Source of the DNA: Bacteriovoracaceae bacterium
GTDB taxonomy: Bacteria > Bdellovibrionota > Bacteriovoracia > Bacteriovoracales > Bacteriovoracaceae
DNA: 12,013 nt
Assembly (NCBI GenBank): GCA_041586955.1
Contig: JBFGZE010000094.1
Span: 1 to 12,013 of the forward strand
Direction of reading: 5' to 3'
Below are positions 1-7,095 of this stretch, piece after piece (the stretch's first letter is position 1; the number at the start of each line of letters is the position of its first letter). The position numbers and the translations under genes were made by a program. The notes under the pieces were generated by a model. The model did no database searches, was not told the DNA's origin, and saw only the letters and a list, made by a program, of their open reading frames with translations.

Positions 1-62
1 TCTTGCGCCATCAATGCCATTCCCATCAATATGGGCGCTATTAAAAAGCTCATTTTTCTCAC
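1..62 (-). CDS. 5' end of a probable secreted protein (runs off the left edge of the window)
   Basis: Minus strand reads AAGGAG (73-68), 5 nt, then GTG at 62. The frame is open to the edge: MRKMSFLIAPILMGMALMAQ..., a basic N-terminus plus hydrophobic core ending in A-L-M-A, typical of a Sec signal peptide. Confidence 0.7.
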   Translation of the reverse strand, partial: MRKMSFLIAPILMGMALMAQ

Positions 63-74
63 TTAGACTCCTTC

Positions 75-194
75 TTATACCTTGTCTCTAAAGTTATCGT
101 AACCGTCCGCTCGCGCCAATTTTTCTTTTATCAAACCAGATCTATTCATGATGATCGCTAATTCATCCTCAGCGCTTTCACTAAATAAGTGCAC
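75..194 (-). CDS. Putative small protein, 39 aa (MHLFSESAEDELAIIMNRSGLIKEKLARADGYDNFRDKV)
   Basis: Perfect Shine-Dalgarno TAAAGGAGGT (210-201), 6 nt upstream of GTG at 194. Its TAA (77-75) lies 1 nt from the next gene's SD (AAGGAG, 73-68). Too short for the ORF track. Confidence 0.5.
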   Translation of the reverse strand: MHLFSESAEDELAIIMNRSGLIKEKLARADGYDNFRDKV

Positions 195-384
195 GGTCAA
201 ACCTCCTTTAAAAAAAATCATAAGGTGATTCTTCAAGGTCTACTCTTATTCTTTAAACAGCGTACCTCTTCTCAAATGAGCTGCAGGTTTCGATATGAGC
301 GATAAAATCACTATATTTACCTCAATTTAAAGCTCATAAGTAAAACGATTAGGTTTTTACGAGTGTGCAACTCTCCCCAAAGGT

Positions 385-551
385 TATGGCACTTTAAACT
401 ATGTCATTCTCTCTATTCTAAGTTATTTCAAAGGTTTATAAAGCGACATTTTTTTCCTTCTAACGGCCAAAGAAACAAGCTTAAAGGGGAAGTACTTAGA
501 ATACAAAATTGATACGCCTTAATGCTCTAAGACAAATGTTGAAGTGCCATA
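385..551. repeat. Nested inverted repeats; possible structured RNA or DNA element
   Basis: TATGGCACTT (385-394) pairs perfectly with AAGTGCCATA (542-551). TATTCTAAGT (414-423) pairs perfectly with ACTTAGAATA (494-503). Both stems extend with G-U pairs on the + strand. Confidence 0.6.
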
Positions 552-593
552 TGCGAGAAAAACCGCGGGTACTAATCGACAAGGGTTTTACCT

Positions 594-622
594 TTGACTA
601 ATTTAGTGGTCAGGGGTAATTT
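594..622 (+). promoter_or_regulatory. Putative sigma70 promoter of the ung operon
   Basis: TTGACT (594-599), 17-nt spacer, TAATTT (617-622), ending 8 nt before the ung ATG. Confidence 0.45.
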
Positions 623-630
623 TTTACCCT

Positions 631-1317
631 ATGAATACAGCGAGCTTAGAGGCCTCCTGGCGGGGCCATTTACAAAATGAATTTAAGAAACCCTATATGC
701 AAGATCTCAAGCTCTTTTTAGATCGGGAAAAAAAGAACGGCAAGATTATCTACCCCAATAAAAAAGAGATCTTCCAGGCACTTTCCGCCACCCCTTTTGA
801 CCAGGTCAAAGTTGTTATTATTGGTCAAGACCCATACCACGGAGCAGGGCAGGCCCATGGCATGTCTTTCTCTGTTAAACCAGGGGTCAAAGTCCCCCCC
901 TCTTTGAAAAATATTTATAAAGAAATTCAATCAGACCTTGATATTCCTATCTCTAATCATGGATACCTTCACTCATGGGCCGATCAAGGAGTTCTTTTAC
1001 TCAATACCGTACTCACAGTCGAGCATAGTAAGGCCGGCTCCCATCGTAAAAAAGGATGGGAGGAGTTTACCGACAAAATTATCGAAGTTCTCAATGAGAA
1101 AAAAGACCACTTAGTTTTTCTTTTATGGGGTGCCCCGGCCCAAAAAAAGGCCCATAAAGTTGATCCGAGTCGGCATTTTATTTTATCGAGTGCTCACCCT
1201 TCTCCCCTATCAGCGTATCGCGGTTTTTTTGGTAATAAACACTTCTCAAAGTGCAATGATTACCTTTCCTCCCAAGGGATGACTCCTATTGATTGGCAAG
1301 TCGAGGTTTACTCATGA
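631..1317 (+). CDS. ung: Uracil-DNA glycosylase, family 1
   Basis: Contains GQDPYH (water-activating loop), [21 protein letters not shown] and HPSPLS (Leu intercalation loop); 228 aa. Confidence 0.97.
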   Translation: MNTASLEASWRGHLQNEFKKPYMQDLKLFLDREKKNGKIIYPNKKEIFQALSATPFDQVKVVIIGQDPYHGAGQAHGMSFSVKPGVKVPPSLKNIYKEIQSDLDIPISNHGYLHSWADQGVLLLNTVLTVEHSKAGSHRKKGWEEFTDKIIEVLNEKKDHLVFLLWGAPAQKKAHKVDPSRHFILSSAHPSPLSAYRGFFGNKHFSKCNDYLSSQGMTPIDWQVEVYS

Positions 1318-2078
1318 AATCATTATTTAATGGCCTTAACCGCCTTTTTGGCCATGAAACTCTCGCTAAATTACAAAAGTCACACGTCGCCGTTATCGGG
1401 GTTGGAGGTGTCGGTTCCTGGTGTGCAGAGGGCCTGGTGCGTAGTGGATTGGGAGAAATCACCTTAATTGACCTTGATGAAGTTTGTATTAGTAATACCA
1501 ATCGCCAATTAACCGCCTTACATTCTACCGTTGGGCAAATGAAAGTACAGGTTCTCAAGGATCGGTTTATTGATATCTCCCCCCAATTAAGAATTAATGC
1601 TGTGGAAGATTTTCTAACCGAGTCAACTAAAGAACTTCTCACATATAAACGCTATGATTATATTATTGATGCCATCGATAGTGTTGAGAATAAATGCTTA
1701 CTCATTCGCGAGTGCCAGAAATTTAATTTACCTCTATTAACGATTGGTGCTTCCGCTGGAAAATACGATCCCACCACTATTGAAATTTCGGATATTACCC
1801 TAACCTCCAATGATAGCCTCTTAAGTAGCGTAAGAAAGAAGTTAAGGCGAGAATATAATTTCCCTCGCGATAAATCGACATGGAACATCAAGGCAGTTTA
1901 CTCCCGCCAACGGGCCCAATTTCTTGGCGCCAATGGGGACATGGTTTTCACCGCCCCTGCTCATCAAGAGAGTAAAAAGCTAGACTGCAGCGGTGCTATG
2001 GGCTCCAGCATGTTTATGACCGCCCCTATGGGTTTAGCTGCCACCAGCGTTATTGTGCAAGAGCTTTTAAAGAAGTAA
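1314..2078 (+). CDS. tcdA: tRNA threonylcarbamoyladenosine dehydratase (ThiF/MoeB E1-like family)
   Basis: Motifs [39 protein letters not shown] and AGKYDPT. Start placed at ATG 1314, which overlaps the ung stop (ATGA) and has GAGG at 1303-1306, rather than at 1293. Confidence 0.9.
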   Translation: MKSLFNGLNRLFGHETLAKLQKSHVAVIGVGGVGSWCAEGLVRSGLGEITLIDLDEVCISNTNRQLTALHSTVGQMKVQVLKDRFIDISPQLRINAVEDFLTESTKELLTYKRYDYIIDAIDSVENKCLLIRECQKFNLPLLTIGASAGKYDPTTIEISDITLTSNDSLLSSVRKKLRREYNFPRDKSTWNIKAVYSRQRAQFLGANGDMVFTAPAHQESKKLDCSGAMGSSMFMTAPMGLAATSVIVQELLKK

Positions 2079-2087
2079 AATTCCTTT

Positions 2088-2750
2088 ATGTTAATTGATA
2101 TCCATACTCATCAAGAACGACCTATGGCCGATAGCGGCTTCATTGTTCTGGACCCTCGAAGTCCTTTGCCCCAGGAATTTCTGCCTTCCTTTTATTATTG
2201 CTTAGGACCCCATCCCTGGTTTATTAATGACATCGACTGGCCAGAGTTTAACAATAAACGTCTAATTTTTTTAAAAAATAGGCAATGCTTAATTTGGGGG
2301 GAAATTGGCCTAGATCGCACTCGAGGTGATTTTAAGCAACAAGTTGATATCGTTAAAAACGAGTTAAAATGGGTGAGTAAGCATAATATTGGCCTTATTG
2401 TCCTTCATTGCGTGAAGGCCCATGATGAATTACTTGCTCTGATTAAAAAGTCCCCCTACCAGGGTAAAATTCTCCTCCACGATTATAATGGCCACCCTGC
2501 CCATACTCAAAAGTGGCTCGATCTCCCCACCTATTTTGGCCTTGGGGATAAATTATGGCGAGAAAATTCCCAAATGTTCCGGCAACTCGACCAAATCCCC
2601 AGGGAGCGTATCTTCCTGGAGACCGATAACCAAATGACTCATACCATAGCTGATCAATACTTGCGCTATGCAAAAATTACTGGCGAAGAAATCGAAATAA
2701 TAACCCAAGATATGGCCAGCCGTTTCCTTCTTCTGGTGTCCAATATATAG
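2088..2750 (+). CDS. TatD-family metal-dependent hydrolase/DNase
   Basis: Motifs DIHTH, GPHPW, GEIGLD, LHCVKA, LHDYNG and LETD. Starts 9 nt after the tcdA stop. Confidence 0.9.
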   Translation: MLIDIHTHQERPMADSGFIVLDPRSPLPQEFLPSFYYCLGPHPWFINDIDWPEFNNKRLIFLKNRQCLIWGEIGLDRTRGDFKQQVDIVKNELKWVSKHNIGLIVLHCVKAHDELLALIKKSPYQGKILLHDYNGHPAHTQKWLDLPTYFGLGDKLWRENSQMFRQLDQIPRERIFLETDNQMTHTIADQYLRYAKITGEEIEIITQDMASRFLLLVSNI

Positions 2751-3014
2751 AAGTAAATGAGACGCCATATATTTTATCACTGAGCTTTTAGTGATGGATA
2801 AAACCCTCGATAAAAAGAATAGGCCCTATCCAAAAAAGGCGAGTATGGGCCAACAAGTATTAAAAGAAGTTAAATGGCCTCTAAAATTTAAGGCCTAGAC
2901 CTTTTTAGGATTCATGTGCCTGTGATAATGGCCAATTACTCCCAATTATTTTTTATTGATTAAACCTAGAAAACACTCAATCTTATTGAAATCTGGTGAA
3001 CATCCTTCCCCACT

Positions 3015-3043
3015 TTTAAAGAAATTATCACATATGTTAAAAT
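3015..3043 (+). promoter_or_regulatory. Putative extended -10 sigma70 promoter for the gene at 3070
   Basis: TG-n-TAAAAT (3035-3043) with TTTAAA (3015-3020) 17 nt upstream. SD GAGGA at 3061-3065. Confidence 0.4.
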
Positions 3044-3069
3044 ACAAATAAATTCACGATGAGGATATT

Positions 3070-3645
3070 ATGCAAAACTCGGTTTCTAAATTCACGATTT
3101 TCCCGATTATTCTTCTCTCTATTGCTATTCTCGGAGAGGTTTTTTTCCTCGCGAAAAGAGACCAGGACCTGGTTCAATTACAAGATCAACTTCGTGAATT
3201 TAAGCGACTCCGTTCCTCAATTTTTTACCATTACAATAGTCCAAATGAAAACTATACCTTGTTTATTAAATCCCAATATGACTATTTAGCAAAAACCTTT
3301 AATTTTAATTTGCATCTCAAAGATGACAAAATTAAGCAAAAAGACCAGGAGTACTTCAAATACTTAACTCTTAATTTACATAAAAAAATTGAGGAATTGA
3401 CTTTGGCCGAGGGGGTTAAAGCTTCTGCCGAAAAAACAAAAAACCAATGGCTCTTATCCTGCTTATTTTTTACGGCCTTGGCCATTATCGGATTTGTCTT
3501 GCGCATTCTTGGAAGCGAACGCAATATGCTCATCGAAAAGATTCATGATCTCAATGATGTCAATGCCACTATGAAGTCTTATATCAAAATGATTAATCCT
3601 GATTCCGATAAAGGCGACAAACAAGCTAATACCCATATCAATTGA
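3070..3645 (+). CDS. Hypothetical two-transmembrane protein with a ~100-aa extracytoplasmic helical region
   Basis: 191-aa ORF with a good SD. Hydrophobic segments FTIFPIILLSIAILGEVFFLA and WLLSCLFFTALAIIGFVLRIL, then a short coiled-coil-like C-terminal tail. Confidence 0.75.
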   Translation: MQNSVSKFTIFPIILLSIAILGEVFFLAKRDQDLVQLQDQLREFKRLRSSIFYHYNSPNENYTLFIKSQYDYLAKTFNFNLHLKDDKIKQKDQEYFKYLTLNLHKKIEELTLAEGVKASAEKTKNQWLLSCLFFTALAIIGFVLRILGSERNMLIEKIHDLNDVNATMKSYIKMINPDSDKGDKQANTHIN

Positions 3646-3728
3646 ATTAACTTTCCCTTTGGCCATGACGATCCAATTCATTGGCGTACTAAAAAGTCAC
3701 CTGAGTCATTACGCCTGGTAGTGTTCAA

Positions 3729-4895
3729 TTAAAGTTTAAAATGAATCGATTCATTTTTTGGGTTTTTAATGAGAATTAAAAGCAAAAGGGATCCTATTAA
3801 ACAAAGAGGAATCATTAAAATAGCGTATTGGAGTCCCAAAAGGTTACCAATCGTACCAAAGAGCCCATGCATACCGGTCAATAATATTCCAATGCAGGTC
3901 ATGATTGAGGTAACCATCACCTCTTTAGATTGCGGGAAAACATGGCTTAACCAGTCGAGCGCAATCGGGAAAAATCCGGAAAAGGCCAGACCGCAAAGAG
4001 GCAAGGCCAAGGGATCGATAAAAAATCCTACAAAAAAGAGGATCAATCCTATCACGAGGGAGCCTTTCATCAACGTAATATTGGAAAAAGGTAATGAAAA
4101 AAAAGTAAAGAAAAGACGCCCCGATAAAATACCAATAAAAAAATAACTTAAATAATGATTGGCCTGCACCAAGCTCATACCCTCAACATTTTGCAAGTAG
4201 AGAGAAAGTCGACTTGATAAGGTTATTTCTGCACCAACATAAAATCCAAAGATAAGACCAAATAAAATACGCTTACGCCAATTAACGGGATATGAAAAGC
4301 TCTCCATTGAATCGTCCAAGGTGATGTTCTTTCCCTTTCCCTTTAAAAATAAAAGTGCTGTAATTAAAACGGCCATAGGTGTGATCGCTAAGATCTTAAA
4401 AAAGACCATCCAATTGACGTGTAGGTCAATTAAGCGATTATAGAGAAAAGGGACGAGAAAAGATCCAATTCCATAGATAGCATGCAGTCCTGAAAATATT
4501 TTTTGGCGCTTATAAGGGTCGCTTCCCTGGGCGACTAAAATATTCATTGTAATTGTGGTGATAGATAAACCAGTTCCCAAGATAAATGAACCAGCAATAC
4601 CTAAATTAAAATAATTGACTGTGCCGGCATGTCCTATTAAATATGAGCCTAGGCTTAAAAAAACCATCGCCAAGAGAGTCGCTTTAATCACACCAAGAGA
4701 TGGCAGCCATTTACGAGCGGAGAGGTTAACGACCAAGCTTGCCATGGCGGCAATGGTGAAAAGAAGGGAACCTTCCGCCGTTGTAATTTTAAAGAATTCA
4801 AGGATTTGAGGATAGGCAGGGGCGCGCCCATTATCAATTAAACTAAGGGCAAAAAGTGAAGAATAGGCCAATAAAATTGAAAATATATTTTTCAT
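3729..4895 (-). CDS. MFS transporter (TsgA/FucP-like), substrate unknown
   Basis: About 12 hydrophobic helices in two halves, with motifs such as GLHAIYGIGSFLVP, FGFYVGAE and GILSGRLFF. Start uncertain: 4895 or 4904 preferred, because the extension to 4964 is hydrophilic and not MFS-like. Confidence 0.85.
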   Translation of the reverse strand: MKNIFSILLAYSSLFALSLIDNGRAPAYPQILEFFKITTAEGSLLFTIAAMASLVVNLSARKWLPSLGVIKATLLAMVFLSLGSYLIGHAGTVNYFNLGIAGSFILGTGLSITTITMNILVAQGSDPYKRQKIFSGLHAIYGIGSFLVPFLYNRLIDLHVNWMVFFKILAITPMAVLITALLFLKGKGKNITLDDSMESFSYPVNWRKRILFGLIFGFYVGAEITLSSRLSLYLQNVEGMSLVQANHYLSYFFIGILSGRLFFTFFSLPFSNITLMKGSLVIGLILFFVGFFIDPLALPLCGLAFSGFFPIALDWLSHVFPQSKEVMVTSIMTCIGILLTGMHGLFGTIGNLLGLQYAILMIPLCLIGSLLLLILIKNPKNESIHFKL

Positions 4896-4983
4896 AAAAT
4901 CCATTTCAACGTTCGGAGATGTATTTCCCTTTGGATCCCGAAAGTTCTGCTTGAGTGTAGGCATTTCTATTAAAAGTACAAGT

Positions 4984-5001
4984 CGATTGAAATAACAATC
5001 G
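4984..5001. promoter_or_regulatory. Palindrome CGATTG-N6-CAATCG, candidate operator
   Basis: Perfect 6-bp inverted repeat in the short divergent region between the MFS gene and the response regulator. Confidence 0.3.
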
Positions 5002-5057
5002 TTTCTTGACTTATAGCAACATCCTATGTTTTATTGAGCTTCCCAAGGGGACAAATA

Positions 5058-5750
5058 ATGCGTGGAAAAACCATTCTCGTAGTTGAAGATGAAGCTGATA
5101 TACGCGACCTAATCGTCTATCATCTAAGCAAAGAAAAATATCAGATTCTTGAAGCTGAAGATGGCGAGGTCGCCATTCAAAAATCCTTAAAACAGATACC
5201 AGATCTTATCCTCTTAGATCTCATGTTACCAAAAAAGGATGGTTTTGAAGTCACAAGTACCCTTAAAAATAATGCCCTCACTAAATATATTCCCATTATA
5301 ATGGTGACAGCAAAAGGGGAAGAGGAAGATATTATTAGAGGTCTACAAAGAGGCGCTGATGATTATATTACGAAGCCCTTTAGTCCTAAAGTTCTCTCCG
5401 CTCGTATTAAAAATATTTGGCGTCAGAAATACCTGCTCGACAATCAACAAGGCAGTACATTTCAATTTAACCAACTCTATATCGATTATACTAAAAAAGT
5501 TGCCCTATTAGAGGATGAATTATTAAAGCTCACTCCTTTAGAATTTGAGATACTCATTCAATTATGCCAGTCCCCCATTAGTATACTGACGATTCAAGCT
5601 CTCATCCAAAACACATTTGAAACAGAGGTTAATATTCGTCAATCAATTCAAACTCTCAAAGGAAAAATGAAGACTTATGGTGACCGTATTATCTGGGAAA
5701 AAGGTCTCGGCCTACGCTTGATTATCGATAACCCAGAAGAGTTGCCCTAA
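5058..5750 (+). CDS. OmpR/PhoB-family response regulator (PhoB-like receiver, divergent winged-helix domain)
   Basis: Receiver motifs VVEDE, LLDLMLP (phosphoacceptor Asp), MVTAK and GADDYITKPFS; C-terminal LTPLEFEIL. Start at ATG 5058 with SD AAGGGG at 5045-5050. Confidence 0.9.
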   Translation: MRGKTILVVEDEADIRDLIVYHLSKEKYQILEAEDGEVAIQKSLKQIPDLILLDLMLPKKDGFEVTSTLKNNALTKYIPIIMVTAKGEEEDIIRGLQRGADDYITKPFSPKVLSARIKNIWRQKYLLDNQQGSTFQFNQLYIDYTKKVALLEDELLKLTPLEFEILIQLCQSPISILTIQALIQNTFETEVNIRQSIQTLKGKMKTYGDRIIWEKGLGLRLIIDNPEELP

Positions 5751-5860
5751 GGAAAAAATTCTTTTCCAATAAATCATATTTCCTGATACTTAAGTACGAT
5801 TTAAAGCTTTTCAGATCAGAGCGATTCTTATACAAGATCTTTACCTTATGAGGAGGCCAT

Positions 5861-6358
5861 ATGAAAATTCTTATTTTTCTCGCAGTTTTTACTTTCTCGC
5901 TCCATGCATCACAGATTAAGCTAAATGCCCCTTGTAATAACGATACTCTCTACCAAGGAGATTATTTCTATTTGCTTCCCCCTTCTCTTGGAGAATTTGC
6001 AGTCCATTTTTTTTCTGATAATGAAATCCCTTTCCAAGGCTCAGAAATGGGATTTAATTCCATTCTAGAGACGCCTATAGGTCTAGATGCCTTAGTTGTC
6101 ATTGATGACCAAACGATGTTGGCCTTTGGTTGGTGTTTTAAACATAATGGCAAAATTAAAGAGTTGATGGCCAATGAAATTGAAGTATTACGTGGTGACA
6201 AAGTGGAATGGTTTTATGGACACGCTCGTATGGAGAATAATACCTGGACCCAGCAATGTGTCGAAGGCCCGTATAACTCGCCATTAAACCCCGCTTGCTC
6301 CACCCAGGGCGATCACGGATCTAACCAACTTTCCGACCGAGTAAATGGGTCTCTATAA
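5861..6358 (+). CDS. Secreted DUF4430-like (transcobalamin C-terminal-like) protein
   Basis: SD AGGAGG and signal peptide MKILIFLAVFTFSLHA. GWCFKHNG...MANEIEVLRGDKVEWFY matches the DUF4430 pattern GWxYxVNG...A...L..GDxIxWxY. Four Cys. Confidence 0.75.
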   Translation: MKILIFLAVFTFSLHASQIKLNAPCNNDTLYQGDYFYLLPPSLGEFAVHFFSDNEIPFQGSEMGFNSILETPIGLDALVVIDDQTMLAFGWCFKHNGKIKELMANEIEVLRGDKVEWFYGHARMENNTWTQQCVEGPYNSPLNPACSTQGDHGSNQLSDRVNGSL

Positions 6359-6695
6359 CAAGAACAATCTCTTCTAGATTAAACGGCTTATTGAAGACAT
6401 GGACAACGCCAGCTTTTAATGCCTTCTCTTCATTAAGCTCGGGAAAGCCTGACATCATTGTAACGATAGGTTTGGCCCCATCATATTCAATCAGGTTATC
6501 TAGTAATTCAATGCCTGAGCCTCCGGCCATTTTTACATCAGAAATAAGAAAATCAACCTTATTATTTTTGATAATTTCAAAGGCCTCCTTTCCATTACAC
6601 GCTTCGAGCACAGAAAAACCATAATCTTCCAATTCCATGGAAATTAATAAGCGAATATCTGGCTCATCATCAACAATTAAACATAACTTACTCAT
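6321..6695 (-). CDS. Single-domain CheY-like response regulator, 124 aa
   Basis: Motifs IVDDE, ISDVKM (phospho-Asp), MMSG and KPF. Start at ATG 6695 with SD AAGGAA at 6707-6702, rather than at 6767. Confidence 0.9.
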   Translation of the reverse strand: MSKLCLIVDDEPDIRLLISMELEDYGFSVLEACNGKEAFEIIKNNKVDFLISDVKMAGGSGIELLDNLIEYDGAKPIVTMMSGFPELNEEKALKAGVVHVFNKPFNLEEIVLVIETHLLGRKVG

Positions 6696-7039
6696 ATTAA
6701 GTTCCTTCAAAAATAAATGGTTAGCAAAAAAGTACAAATGATGTGACCCATGCACAAAACTCATCATAAATTTTACCTAATCTATGGTTCATAACCCAGA
6801 CGGAAAATTGCCCCATAATCTAATTAACTCCCATCCAAAAACCAAAACTAGTATTAAGGAAGAAATTAATTTCGAACCAGTATTATATGACCTTTTTAAT
6901 TTGGCCTTCGCGATGTGGATGATGGTATCGCCCCCCATAAAGGCAACCGTTTTGATCGGTTTTGCAAAGTAAGAAATCTCTAGCTTAATTTGTTTTATTT
7001 ATACTTAATTACTATTTATAAAGAAACCTACTGATATTT

Positions 7040-7068
7040 TTGGAATATGTAATTCTTTGCGATAGAAT
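7040..7068 (+). promoter_or_regulatory. Putative sigma70 promoter of the 7096-9207 unit
   Basis: TTGGAA (7040-7045), 17 nt, TAGAAT (7063-7068). AT-rich UP-like sequence upstream and AAGGA at 7081. Confidence 0.45.
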
Positions 7069-7095
7069 ATATACATAACTAAGGATGGTTATTGA

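Noticed and set aside
385..551. TGGCAC hexamers as sigma54 -24 elements, or the inverted repeats as retron a1/a2 arms or IS ends
   Set aside because: Neither TGGCAC has the GC dinucleotide at the -12 position, and no reverse transcriptase, transposase or recombinase is encoded in the window.
2772..2803. Hairpin after tatD (ATCACT/AGTGAT core) as a terminator
   Set aside because: Weak AT-rich stem with no U-tract on the + strand; not enough support to call it.
2794..2898. 34-aa Lys-rich ORF (MDKTLDKKNRPYPKKASMGQQVLKEVKWPLKFKA)
   Set aside because: No SD, the start is buried in a hairpin, and ORFs of this length arise by chance.
5751..5860. Cobalamin riboswitch upstream of the DUF4430-like gene, and a GGAAAA/TTTTCC hairpin as a terminator
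   Set aside because: The region is too short and AT-rich and lacks a B12 box. The hairpin is only 6 bp with no U-tract.
6784..6972. 62-aa + strand ORF, and a 49-aa antisense ORF starting at 6938, in the intergenic region
   Set aside because: Neither has an SD or a recognisable motif, and the region is more simply a divergent promoter region.
6939..6990. Resemblance to a c-di-GMP-I (GEMM) riboswitch: AAAGGCAACCG...CGGTTTTGCAAAG
   Set aside because: There is no GNRA tetraloop in the first stem, GGGACGC is replaced by GGTTTTGC, and no second stem with a tetraloop receptor follows. It also lies upstream of the predicted promoter at 7040. A cmscan against RF01051 would settle it.
6973..7095. Pho box upstream of the phosphatase unit
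   Set aside because: No pair of TGTCA-like direct repeats at 11-bp spacing was found, so a direct link to the PhoB-like regulator is unsupported.
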